Assembly (NCBI RefSeq): GCF_964355755.1
Contig: NC_092679.1
Coordinates: 6,044,201-6,108,200 of the forward strand
DNA length: 64,000 bases
From: Antedon mediterranea
Lineage: Eukaryota; Animalia; Echinodermata
Direction: 5' to 3'
Position numbers and translations under genes: made by a program. Of this stretch, positions 28,257 to 39,322 are shown piece after piece. The first letter of the stretch is position 1, and each line of letters begins with the position of its first letter. The notes beneath the pieces are model-generated. The model was given only the letters and a program-made list of their open reading frames with translations, was not told where the DNA came from and searched no databases.

Positions 28257-30057
28257 GTAATGTTGTTATATTGTTATGTCGAGACATTTTATGCGATGTT
28301 TGTATTTAGGATTACAAGTTTTAGAATTGTATTTAAGTGAAAAATATGAATACTATTAAATTTGGAATACAGTACCAATTTTAACCAAATTTTGAGCTTG
28401 AATTTTTGGAGAGTTTAAGTTTGATGGTCAGATTTTAGAAATGTTAGTTTGTACAGTTTATATCTGCAAAGTTCTATCCATAAGAATTTGTTATTATAAA
28501 AAAAATTGTTATATAGTATAAACAAATAAAAATGTTTTTTTAGTTTTTTAAACGATCAAGATATTCTTTAATTTGATTAATTTTACCAGGCAGTTTGAGT
28601 CTGATTTGAATCGTTTGTTTGTATTTAAAACTAAAATGAAGAAAGTGTATTGTATTCAAATACAACATCTTGCCAAATCAAACTTTGACTTTGTCCTTTA
28701 TGGGTGTCAATCTAGGTTTCATCTTTGAACAAGTTCCAAAGTTTAATAGGGTTATCGCAAGTCAATATTATATCCAGCAGGTTTAAAGCACAGCCGGTTG
28801 GTATGTATTTCAGTTTCAGTTTTTGTACTGACCAATTTTGGGACTTTTTTGGAGCTCATTAGGACAGGAGAAAGGACTAGAAACTTTTGCTTGTTGTGTT
28901 CTTAATATTCATCATAAATGGTTGCAGTATCGATTCTTTTTACGGTAAAAATAATTGATTTTTACGGTAAATATTAAGAAGATTTCCATGATGATGATGA
29001 ATGGTTGTTTTAAAGAATAAAATCAGAAAGGATGACATGACTTTTTTTAATGCTGCCATAAGTGATCAAAAACGAGAATCTACCTCTGTTTCCATTTAAA
29101 TGTTGACAATGTATATAATACCACTACCTCTTCACAAAAAGTAATCTTAAAAAGAGGCCCTTGTTAGCATAAACAAGTCGGCTAAACCTGTGGTAGCCAC
29201 TGTGAACCGTGAACGACCATGCAGTAGGTTTCCTTTGGTCCACGGTTAGAATCCCATCCCCGATTTCCGTGTGTTTCACCTTACGAGTTGGAATACATGT
29301 ATATAGTGCACCATCTTTCGGATGAGATGTTAAGCAATGGTTATCATATGAGGAGAACCAAAACTAGGCAAAAGGTGGCTCATCCTGTGACACCACTTCA
29401 CCTTGTAAATAGAAAATAAAACTATTTCAAAGAGGATTTGATAGAAAACAGGAAAGTCAAGAAGGAAATATTTCGGGATGGATAGGGTGAAATTTAAGGT
29501 ATTGTAATTTGTTGGAAAGCAATCTTTAACATGTGATTAAATTTCAAGGGTACAACTTTCTTTAAATCATATAGTTTCATTTTCCAAATTGTATAAATAC
29601 ATTAAAACCTCCTCCCTATCCACTGCATCCTTTTTCTCAATTTATGCTCAATGGATAGGTATACATAGTTTATGAAAAACTTATATTGTATTTTACTTAA
29701 CTTTCAGTATTTACACAACTCTAGGATGGGCTGAATTTGAATGTAATCAACATCAAAGCATGGACCTATACATTAGGTTTTAATAATTTAATTAATCCAA
29801 TTTATAAGTCCATGATTGGCAGATGATTGCAATGTTAGGGTGGTGTTATGTACCTGTCAGTCTCTCATTAAAACTCATCAAACCATGAATATAAATTGGT
29901 AGAATATACAATTTTACACACCTAATTAAACCGACACTATAAAGTTAGTAAATTCATGAAGGCAAAAAAACAAAACAGGCAAGTAATACCTGTAGTTAAC
30001 AAAATATCATCCTGGCCATTTGATATTGAAAAGAAAACTCAATCAGATAATGTCAAT

Positions 30058-31312
30058 CCATCAGATAAAAGTGGGAAAAGTTAGTCAATTACACAATTAA
30101 TGTTTTTTTATGTGTTTCTTGGCGTTTTGGCTATTTGATATTGAGGACAATCTCCATCAGATAAAGGTGTGAAAAGTTACTCAATTACATAATGTTTTTT
30201 TATGTGTTTCTTGGTGTTTTGGCTATTTGATATTGAGGAAAATCTCCATCAGATAAAAGTGTGAACAGTTACTCAATTACATAATGTTTTTTTATGTGTT
30301 TCTTGGTGTTTTAGCCTTTGAGGACAATCTCCATCAGATAAAAGTGTGAACAGTTACTCAATTACATAATGTTTTTTTATGTGTTTCTTGGTGTTTTAGC
30401 CTTTGAGGACAATCTCCATCAGATAAAAGTGTGAACAGTTACTCAATTACATAATGTTTTTTTATGTGTTTCTTGGTGTTTTAGCCTTTGAGGACAATCT
30501 CCATCAGATAAAAGTGTGAACAGTTACTCAATTACATAATGTTTTTTTATGTGTTTCTTGGTGTTTTAGCCTTTGAGGACAATCTCCATCAGATAAAAGT
30601 GTGAACAGTTACTCAATTACATAATGTTTTTTTATGTGTTTCTTGGTGTTTTAGCCTTTGAGGACAATCTCCATCAGATAAAAGTGTGAACAGTTACTCA
30701 ATTACATAATGTTTTTTTATGTGTTTCTTGGTGTTTTGGCCATTAAGGACAATCTCCATCAGATAAAAGTGTGAACAGTTACTCAATTACATAATGTTTT
30801 TTTATGTGTTTCTTGGTGTTTTGGCCATTAAGGACAATCTCCATCAGATAAAAGTGTGAACAGTTACTCAATTACATAATGTTTTTTTATGTGTTTCTTG
30901 GTGTTTTAGCCTTTGAGGACAATCTCCATCAGATAAAAGTGTGAACAGTTACTCAATTACATAATGTTTTTTTATGTGTTTCTTGGTGTTTTGGCCATTA
31001 AGGACAATCTCCATCAGATAAAAGTGTGAACAGTTACTCAATTACATAATGTTTTTTTATGTGTTTCTTGGTGTTTTGGCCATTAAGGACAATCTCCATC
31101 AGATAAAAGTGTGAACAGTTACTCAATTACATAATGTTTTTTTATGTGTTTCTTGGTGTTTTAGCCTTTGAGGACAATCTCCATCAGATAAAAGTGTGAA
31201 CAGTTACTCAATTACATAATGTTTTTTTATGTGTTTCTTGGCGTTTTGGCTATTTGATATTGAGGACAATCTCCATCAGATAAAAGTGTGAACAGTTACT
31301 CAATTACATAAT
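30058..31312. repeat. 85-bp satellite, about 14-15 copies
   Basis: CCATCAGATAAAAGTGTGAACAGTTACTC... at 30331, 30416, 30501 and onward; two internal unit variants. Confidence 0.95.
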
Positions 31313-31536
31313 TAATTTTGTTTGTAGGTGTTCTTGATTTGCTGGCCATTTGATCCTGAAGAAAAACTTTATTTGATACTTTTCAAACTGTGTAAATTTC
31401 CGTTCTTAAAGTAAATAATTAATTCCTTCTTATGATTTAAAAGTAGACCAACTAGTTTTACGTTTCATTTGGGTAAGTATTTAGGTTGCCTAGTTTGTAA
31501 TTATTCTTGGATTTTATATTTAGATTATCGTTTACA

Positions 31537-31541
31537 ATGAG
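31537..31541 (+). CDS. Candidate alternative first coding exon V9 (tier 2, phase 2): MR
   Basis: acaATGAG|GTAAGT, consensus donor; too short to verify by composition. Confidence 0.35.
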
Positions 31542-32790
31542 GTAAGTGGTACATTTTACATTTTAAGAAAGATTTTATTCTGTTCTTGGTTTTTTTAACA
31601 GCATATGTAAAGTACCAGATTAGCATAACTAAATATTGATGTATTTGTACCAACAGAGAAGAGTGAAGTTACTAATTTCACTCTTCTGTGATAACCAAAA
31701 TGCAGTGAATTGGTATTGGTGTGTGGTAAACAATAAACAAACATAGTAATGCTGTAATATTTCAAGTAAACAACAAATATTCTGAAATTTCCGGACTTAT
31801 CAGTATGACTTGTTTACTTTGTGGATGTAATGTACAATAGTTCATAAGATAAAATCTCATAAGATCCTTTAAGTATTTGGATATATGATAAAAGTATTTT
31901 ATTATGATAAAAGTCTACCAAAGCGTTTGTATAGTTATAAACTGTTTGTTTACATATAAAGTTACCATAGTTTACACTATTAGCATGACCTGTAGAAGCC
32001 AAGTAATAAAAAAAGACATTTACATTTTTAAATGCTTCATATTAACTGTCTTGTTTTGAAGGTTTGCACGACGAAATCAAATGTTTGCGGTACACGATGT
32101 ATATATAGTTCTGAAAAGAACTGTTAACTTTGATCGTTCTCATCCCTGAACTTTATATCAACTTTCTTGCTAATGTTGTATTAATGGGTCATACCTACAT
32201 GCAACAAAAAAACTCTCAAGCCAAAGAGTTAAGATCACAATGGGTGGCTAAAATCTATAAACCACATTGAGACTTATTTATAAAAGGCTTGATAGGCTGG
32301 CAGAGGCGAGGTGAAACATCCTAAAATAACTTTTAATGTATATGTCATGTATGCTAGTTCTCCATCATCCTAAGGTTTTAATACTGTTCCGGTGAACTCT
32401 ATACTGGAGCTTCAAAGTGCTGGAGAACAGAGCAGTGTAAATGGTTCCTCTGCTTTTCTTCATTTTTTGGTTATTTTGGGATATTTTATGAATAATTTTA
32501 TAGGCGCTATTTACTGTAAAACTACCATTATTATTATTATTTAACAACAAAGAGCAAGATTTTTCTTCTCGGAGTCTGAGTATAGGCCTATATTTGATCA
32601 CCAGGAGAAAGTATTATCCATATTATAGACTCAGTGTAATGTTCCTTGAGATACTCAGACATGTTACTTTACAGTTTAGTTAATACTTCATGGGTATCCT
32701 AATGCTAATTCTTTCATCAAACATAAGTTTGGAGTACTAAGATACTTTACATGCTTTTTAAAATGAGCATCGTATTATGGTGTGATCAGC

Positions 32791-32801
32791 ATGGGTGGAA
32801 G
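32791..32801 (+). CDS. Candidate alternative first coding exon V10 (tier 2, phase 2): MGGR
   Basis: agcATGG GTGGAAG|GTAAGA. Confidence 0.4.
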
Positions 32802-33480
32802 GTAAGAATCTAGACTTTATACATTTCACAACAGGATTAGACACATTACAGATGTAAAACATGTTCTATAGGGGTATAATCAGGGAAGTATATTGTGTAT
32901 ATTGGCAACATGGGGAGGGCATTAGGTGGCCTTTGATCTCTCATATCCATAACCATAAGTGTTGTATTGTGGTTTACCATAAACTTGAGGTTTTGCTGTT
33001 TTGTGTACTCACTACCATTTTGTTCTACCGTAACTATTTTTAAAGATATGTGTGTTCAAAAGCTTTCTTTACCTAAATTATACTACAGTACAGAAAGAAT
33101 GATATTAGTATAATTATTAGTAAGTAAGCCTGAATCCGATAAAACTACTTATTTTACTATGTAATTACGATAGTTATATTATTACTATTATTAGGTTCTT
33201 CAAATCTAGCCAACAAATTTTTGCGGTTTAAATTGTTTTGACCCAAATTGTACCTGGTATTTCCATTACATATTGACACACAGTAGGTGTATTAGAGTCA
33301 CGCTATGAGTACTTGGTAGAATGAAACTTCCTTTTAGATTAGTATATTACATTATGAAATATGTAATTCAACTTATTGTGACTTTTTGGTTCACTATGAA
33401 CATTTGTACCGTGTTTCTTCCAACGATGCGCTTTAAACAGCTTGCAAGAGCTTTAGAAATAATCTCACAGGAAATTTGAA

Positions 33481-33521
33481 ATGATGGCGGAGGAAAAGGG
33501 AGTTAGGGACATTTCTCCAAG
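33481..33521 (+). CDS. Candidate alternative first coding exon V11 (tier 2, phase 2): MMAEEKGVRDISPR
   Basis: aaATGATGGCG...CCAAG|GTCAGA; AG+A gives Arg into exon 34329. Confidence 0.6.
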
Positions 33522-33586
33522 GTCAGAGTTCAGGAATATAGATTTACCAATTATTTATTGGTGGTTCATTATTCAATAAGGGCTAG

Positions 33587-33766
33587 TGTTATGTTATGTT
33601 TTCACTATGTTATAGATACTGAAACTAGAGACAGATGTAAATACAAATAAAGACTGTTATTTTATTCAGCTCAAGAAGTCGTGTCTCCATAACAACTTCG
33701 TGTCTCTCGTGCGCCCTCTATATCTTCTAGAAGATCATATTAATTATTTAGTACAATAATGTAACA
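33587..33766 (-). mobile_element. Solo LTR (180 bp)
   Basis: TGTTA...TAACA inverted termini with exact 5-bp TSD GCTAG (33582-33586 and 33767-33771); AATAAA present; orientation tentative. Confidence 0.75.
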
Positions 33767-34328
33767 GCTAGATGTTTATTTATGTTAGCCCAATAGATTA
33801 GATGCCTTTTTCTTACTGGTATGTATTGTTACCTGTCTTGATCCATGTAACAGTTTACTTATATAACTATATACAATATATCAACAATTGAACCAGGAAA
33901 TAAATAACAAGTTATTATTATAAGTTGCTTCTAAAAATACATTTTTTTTTCAGAATTTTTGTCTCATTTCATGCCTCTCGTACGTACGTGACTTTGAAAA
34001 TGTATATTAATTTCAATTTTTTCAAAGAGTTAAGTTAATTAACATAAAGTTATTACTGAATTTGACTGTTGAAATACATAGTTTGCTTAAAAATAGAGGG
34101 GGCACTGTAATGTTAAACTTTTTTATTAACAACCATACTATACATCTTGGTACTATGACATTGCTGCTATGTACAAGCTAAAAATATGATCCGTCTGACT
34201 GGAAAATTAAAAAACTGAAAAAATATTTTGTAAATATGCTATTTATAAAAATGTTCATATGTACCGGTAATAAAAAAAAATGTTCAATTACCACTTAATT
34301 TGAAAAAAAAATTAATTTATTCTTACAG

Positions 34329-34546
34329 AAAGAAACAAAACCCCCTTTATGAAGATTTTAACGGACAGCCTCCGGAAAAGAAAGTGTTCGTTATTGATGA
34401 TGACCTCAAGAAACCGACATCGTCGTCATGTTGCGGCAAATTGAAATGTTTCCGCAATAATTGTATCATACCAGTTGTAATCGTTCTTGCTTTGGCTGCA
34501 ATAGTTCTAGTTCTTCTGATGGTCTTTGGGGTCGTAGAACAAAAAG
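34329..34546 (+). CDS. Constant exon C1: cytoplasmic juxtamembrane region and transmembrane helix
   Basis: TTACAG acceptor; KKQNPLYEDF...SSSCCGKLKCFRNNC IIPVVIVLALAAIVLVLLMVFGVV EQK; donor G|GTAAAT; phase 2 to 1. Confidence 0.85.
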
Positions 34547-34895
34547 GTAAATATATTTATAATAAAGTTAAAACTAGACAAAATGAGCAAGTCTTGGAAA
34601 GAGAAATTGTTTATTTGAGGGGGATATTGAATATGTTGACTTAATCTATGTTATGTTCCACAGGCAAATCCAGTCTTTATAAACAGAGGGGTGTTAACAT
34701 TCAATATTAATAGTCTGTCAAAAATCATAAAGTAATTCATTATAATTTCATTTTACCAGCAATAGGGGGATCGCGCTTCCTCCAGGATTCGCCCCTGTGT
34801 CCAAAAGTCCAAAGAGAAGGAAATATTTTTTAAAAAGTTTAACAGCAATTTTTAATTGAAACAAATGTTTACTGATTATTTTTTGCTTTTTTTAG

Positions 34896-35044
34896 AATCT
34901 GGAGCAATTTCAGATGAGGTGATTCAGCCAGCTAGCACTTTATCACCGAGTGCTTGGCCAACTATGGATCCTAGCATGTCCCCGGAATATCTTCTGGAAA
35001 AGTTACTGTTACAACAAGATCAGATTTTAGAATTAACACAAAAA
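34896..35044 (+). CDS. Constant exon C2: stalk and start of coiled coil
   Basis: TTTAG acceptor; ESGAISDEV...LLEKLLLQQDQILELTQK; GTAAGT donor; phase 1 to 0. Confidence 0.85.
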
Positions 35045-35357
35045 GTAAGTTTTCTATTTTTTTTTCTCGCCAAATACATGTATTTTGTAAGTACTGTTGA
35101 TCAAATTTGAGGCTCAATGAAATAAGTAGCATTGAGACTGTCGGATGAATATTAAACCAAATGATTGAAGTGTACTTTTTAAACTAGAGATTATAACAGC
35201 GGAAATGATAATAAATAGGCCTAAGTAGCCTAGCTCTTTTGTGAAAAAAAGATGCATGTGGAGATTTTATTTAAAAAAAAGTAAATGTAGTGAAACCACT
35301 ATTGATTCTGTATAAAAAAATAAAAAGTTATTGTTAACTTTTGCTTTGTTTTTACAG

Positions 35358-35447
35358 ATTGAAGATCTAGAAAAGACTTTATCTGGTGAGGGTGATCAAG
35401 AACTAAATACTTCAGATAGTACACGTATCACAGTGAATTCTAACAAG
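35358..35447 (+). CDS. Constant exon C3: coiled coil
   Basis: TTTACAG acceptor; IEDLEKTLSGEGDQELNTSDSTRITVNSNK; GTATGA donor; phase 0 to 0. Confidence 0.85.
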
Positions 35448-35663
35448 GTATGATTATGAAACAGAAAACTGTAGGCCTACAATTAAAGTTAGTTTGCTTG
35501 GAGGGGGCTTAGGTTTAAAGTGCTTTAAGGCCAGTTCACACCAGACGTGAAAAAGTGACATGCTTCACATTCATCAGTAGACACCCAACCTGAAGAGGTT
35601 TGCATAGAAAATGTGTTACCTTGCTGCTGGGGGGAATCCAGCCTTTATATGAACAACAACATA

Positions 35664-36018
35664 TATATACGGCCATACTGCGTTGAAACACCGGTTCTCG
35701 TCAGATCACCGAAGTTAAGCAACGTTGGGCCCGGTTGCGTTCTGGATGGGAGACCGTCTAGAAATCGTGGCGGGTGCTGTATATACTGGAGAGTGATGGT
35801 GTAATGGTAATATCGGACTAGCATGTGATAGGCATGGGTTCGAGGTTATCTGTACCATACTAATTGCATCCTTAGGCAAGATGCTTTACTCTCATTGCCT
35901 AATCTGGTAGGCGCTGCACTGCTGGCTGCCGTGGGTCCGTGGAGGGCCTAATCCTAATTTCCTCACTGAGGACAAATATTAATACAAAATACAAAAAAAA
36001 AAAAATACAAATACAAAT
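35664..36018 (+). mobile_element. Chimeric SINE: full-length 5S rRNA-like head (35664-35785), tRNA-like unit, CORE-like segment and A-rich tail
   Basis: TACGGCCATAC...GATCACCGAAGTTAAGC...GGATGGGAGACCG...GTGCTGTA is 5S-like with complementary ends; then A box TGGTGTAATGG, B box GGTTCGAGG, TCCTTAGGCAAGATGCTTTAC and an (AATACA)n tail; no oligo-T terminator after the 5S part. Confidence 0.75.
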
Positions 36019-36238
36019 TCCGCAGGGGTGAGAAGGAACTTTTATAAAAGATTACAACTCTTCATTCATTATTCATGCATCACTACAGTATTTAAATTGA
36101 TACTTCTATTCCTTTAATAAATTCATTTTTTTTCGTTTCTTTTTTTAGTTACTCTTCAATTCACTTTCTTCCATCTTTTAGTCATCTATCTAGCCAACAT
36201 CTTATTGTATGATTTAATTTGTTATTGTTTTCTTACAG

Positions 36239-36355
36239 ATAAAAGAACTTGAACAGAGTCTAGAAGACCATAAGACAAATTCTGACAGTCGATTATCTGC
36301 AGAGGAATCAAGTTCTCAAGCTGCCTTGCTTTCAATCGCTCAGTTACAAGTTCAA
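36239..36355 (+). CDS. Constant exon C4: coiled coil
   Basis: TTACAG acceptor; IKELEQSLEDHKTNSDSRLSAEESSSQAALLSIAQLQVQ; GTGAGT donor; phase 0 to 0. Confidence 0.85.
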
Positions 36356-36719
36356 GTGAGTTAATCAATATACTGTGAATATGCTACTATAGCATACAGA
36401 ATGTAAACATCTAAAAAAAATCTTTTCTTTAAAAAAATCTAGTTGACCCAATTATTATTGTCAACTCTAAAACAAAGTTAGAATTGTGCCCCTTTCTTAT
36501 ACTAAAAAAATGTTTTGAAAAATGTATAAGTAGCACTTTACTTGGAATTTTCAAATAAATATTTTAAAATATTATATTGTGTCGAAAATATTAGTGGCTA
36601 CTTTAACTATAGATGGCAGCAAACATATCTGAATGATTAGTAGCCAAAAATTGTTTCTATGCACTTAACTGGTACTGTAGTGTTACCTGAAAATAGAGTT
36701 TTGGCCATTTTACTTTTTG

Positions 36720-37053
36720 CTTATTTTATTTATATCTCCATTGAGATCCAGCCACTGATAGCTACAGCATTGTCATTTTTTCAGTGCTAATTTTTTTTGT
36801 ATCTCCATTGAGATCCAGCCACTGATACCCACAGCATTGTCATTTTTTCAGTGCTTATTTTATTTGTATCTCCATTGAGATCCAGCCACTGATACCCACA
36901 GCATTGTCATTTTTTCAGTGCTTATTTTATTTGTAACGCCATTGAGATCCAGCCACTGATACCTACAGCATTGTAATTTTTTCAGTGCTTATTTTATTTG
37001 TATTTCCATTGAGATTCTGCCACTGATACCCACAGCATTGAAATTTTTTAGTA
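36720..37053. repeat. 67-bp tandem repeat, 5 copies (same family as 13190-13320)
   Basis: TCTCCATTGAGATCCAGCCACTGATA at about 36735, 36802, 36869, 36936 and 37003. Confidence 0.9.
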
Positions 37054-37093
37054 TTTGCCTTTTGATTTATATAATAATGTTGTTTATTTGCAG

Positions 37094-37201
37094 CAAATGG
37101 AAGATGATGATGCCATTAATGACAGAGTTGACGACATCGAAACTCTATTATCTGGAAAAGTTACTACACTTGAAACAAACCAAATGTCGTTGACAAGCAG
37201 G
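37094..37201 (+). CDS. Constant exon C5: coiled coil
   Basis: TTGCAG acceptor; QMEDDDAINDRVDDIETLLSGKVTTLETNQMSLTSR; GTATGT donor; phase 0 to 0. Confidence 0.85.
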
Positions 37202-37367
37202 GTATGTACTTTTGTATTATGTATAAATATAATACAGCATGCATAACATTTGGAGATTGAATCAAATTGAGGGAGAGATGGACAGAATTTGATAAAATAA
37301 ACTTATAAGAACATTGAAAAAACATACTAAAATTGTCCAAACATTTTTGCCCAATTCATGGATATTG

Positions 37368-37678
37368 GTGGAGCACTGTGGCGCAGTGGTTAGAGTATTA
37401 GACTTGCAATCAAGAGGTTGCCAGTTCAAGCCCCGGCACGGTCACTGCAGTGTTGTGTCTTTGAACAAGACTCTTTATCCACATTGTTCCTCCCCACCCA
37501 GGTGATAGAAATGGGTACCGGTATGTAAAAAGTACTGGGAAAACTCGTTTGTACGGGAGGAGTGGCGTACCCCCTACAAACATACACGCTTAGTGGAGTG
37601 GAGTGGCCCAAATGCTAAAGAAATGGGAAATGGGCACCACGGCCGTTAGCATTAGCTTAGGTTTCGACTTTACCTTTA
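37368..37678 (+). mobile_element. tRNA(Cys-like)-derived SINE with CORE-like body
   Basis: A box TGGCGCAGTGG, loop TTGCAAT, B box AGTTCAAGCC, then GTGTCTTTGAACAAGACTCTTTATCC...CCACCCAGGTG..AAATGGGTACC; ends TTTACCTTTA. Confidence 0.75.
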
Positions 37679-37777
37679 AGGGTGTCCGATGATATTTGAA
37701 AAAATGTTTATGGGGCCTTCTGTTGCTAATACTGATTTAAATAAATATAAATTATTTTTCTTTTATTCCTCATTCAG

Positions 37778-38017
37778 GTAAATCTACTTGAAACATCAGA
37801 CATGAAATTTGATGTAAAATTAACAACAGTTAACCACACTCTGACAGAAGAAGTTGACTCAGTAAGCAAAATGATGGGACCAAGAGGATACAATGGCTCG
37901 CAGGGACAGACAGGACCATCAGGGGCTGGTAATCTTAGCCTATGTGAATATAGCATTGCTCAGCATGGCAGCAGTATCAGTAATACCATCACTGAAGTTT
38001 CTATGACACCAACTGCT
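37778..38017 (+). CDS. Constant exon C6: end of coiled coil, short collagen segment (GPR GYN GSQ GQT GPS GAG) and start of Cys domain
   Basis: TTCAG acceptor; VNLLETSDMKFDVKL...NLSLCEY...SMTPTA; GTAAGT donor; phase 0 to 0. Confidence 0.88.
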
Positions 38018-38366
38018 GTAAGTCTTTGTTATGTTATCATTGGTACCAACAGATATGTAAATAATGCTTTTTCTCCTCTTAATCCTAATTATTTCGTCCT
38101 TTAAATGAGAGGTAAAGCTGTTGGTTCATATATTTCCATTTCACTGTCCTCTTACCGAGAATCATCATAAGCCAAACACACCAATAACTGAATACTAAAC
38201 TCATAAAGACACAATGTTCTCTTTTTTTTTCATCTTATTAGAGAACTAACTCTGTTTGGTGGTTTGGTATTCATTTGTTAAACCATGTGTTTTTTTTTTA
38301 TTGTACAGGATTTTCTGAATTTTGGATGTGCTTTTCACGTTAATTTAAATTTTTTCATTTTTATAG

Positions 38367-38567
38367 GATGATGTTGTATTTGGTGTTACCTGTTCCACAA
38401 GAGGTGGCAGTAATTATATTCTTAAAGTAGTTACTAGTAACATACCTGCAACACTGGGACAAAAAGAGTACACTTGCCAATGTGCCGGAACCGACACATT
38501 ATTCGAAAATGCTCCTAATGCTCGTTACTGCTATCTACATTACTGGAAGTGTCCAAAGATGAGTTAA
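38367..38567 (+). CDS. Terminal exon C7: Cys-rich C-terminal domain
   Basis: TTATAG acceptor; DDVVFGVTCSTRGG...YTCQCAGTDTLF...RYCYLHYWKCPKMS then TAA; AATAAA near 39229. Confidence 0.88.
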   Translation, partial: DDVVFGVTCSTRGGSNYILKVVTSNIPATLGQKEYTCQCAGTDTLFENAPNARYCYLHYWKCPKMS

Positions 38568-38955
38568 GCACATCAATAGACTGTCTGTACCCATTACTGC
38601 TATCTATACCAATATACCAAGCCCCAGACGAGTTAAGCACATCAATAGACTGTGCCCATTACTGCTATCTATACCAATATACCAAGCCCCAGATGAGTTA
38701 AGCACATCAATAGACTGTGCCCATTACTGCTATCTATACCAATATACCAAGCCCCAGATGAGTTAAGCACATCAATAGACTGTCTGTACACATTACTGCT
38801 ATCTATACCAATATACCAAGCCCCAGATGAGTTAAGCACATCAATAGACTGTCTGTGCTCATTACTGCTATCTATACCAATATACCAAGCCCCAGATGAG
38901 TTAAGCACATCAATAGACTGGCTGTGCTCATTACTGCTATCTATGACCCAGATGA
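38557..38955. repeat. 65/69-bp minisatellite, about 6 copies, beginning inside the last codons of the gene
   Basis: AGATGAGTTAAGCACATCAATAGACTG at 38557, 38626, 38691, 38756, 38825 and 38894. Confidence 0.92.
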
Positions 38956-39322
38956 TTTAAATATATAATATAATAATTTTATATTCATACTGTAATATTT
39001 TACCTGCCATATACACTATTTCTAAGGCGTTCTTTTATAAATTAGTTTTATCTGAATGTTTTAAATGTATATAAAAGAAAGAAATGTATAAAATGTCGAT
39101 AAATACTGTTGAACAATCAGAAAAGACAGATTTCTGTAACTTCAAATCAATTCAGATCAACTTTGTGCTGTTTGTCAAATTGCTGTTTTATTTTGAAAAA
39201 ATATAGTATTGTATTGTTTTTTTAATTGAATAAAAATTTAAAAAAGAAACATAAAAATGAATATAAAATAATATTTTTGGTTTTTAGGTAATTGACAGAC
39301 TTTCTAAGACTTTTCATAATTA

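Noticed and set aside
30058-31312. Regular array resembling CRISPR
   Set aside because: Units are wholly repeated with no unique spacers; eukaryotic context; no cas genes.
35664-35785. Functional 5S rRNA gene
   Set aside because: Single diverged intronic copy with no oligo-T terminator, fused to a tRNA-like SINE body.
37368-37440. tRNA-Cys gene
   Set aside because: Acceptor stem does not pair and the sequence continues into a SINE body; the same applies to the Gly-like heads at 57189 and 59872.
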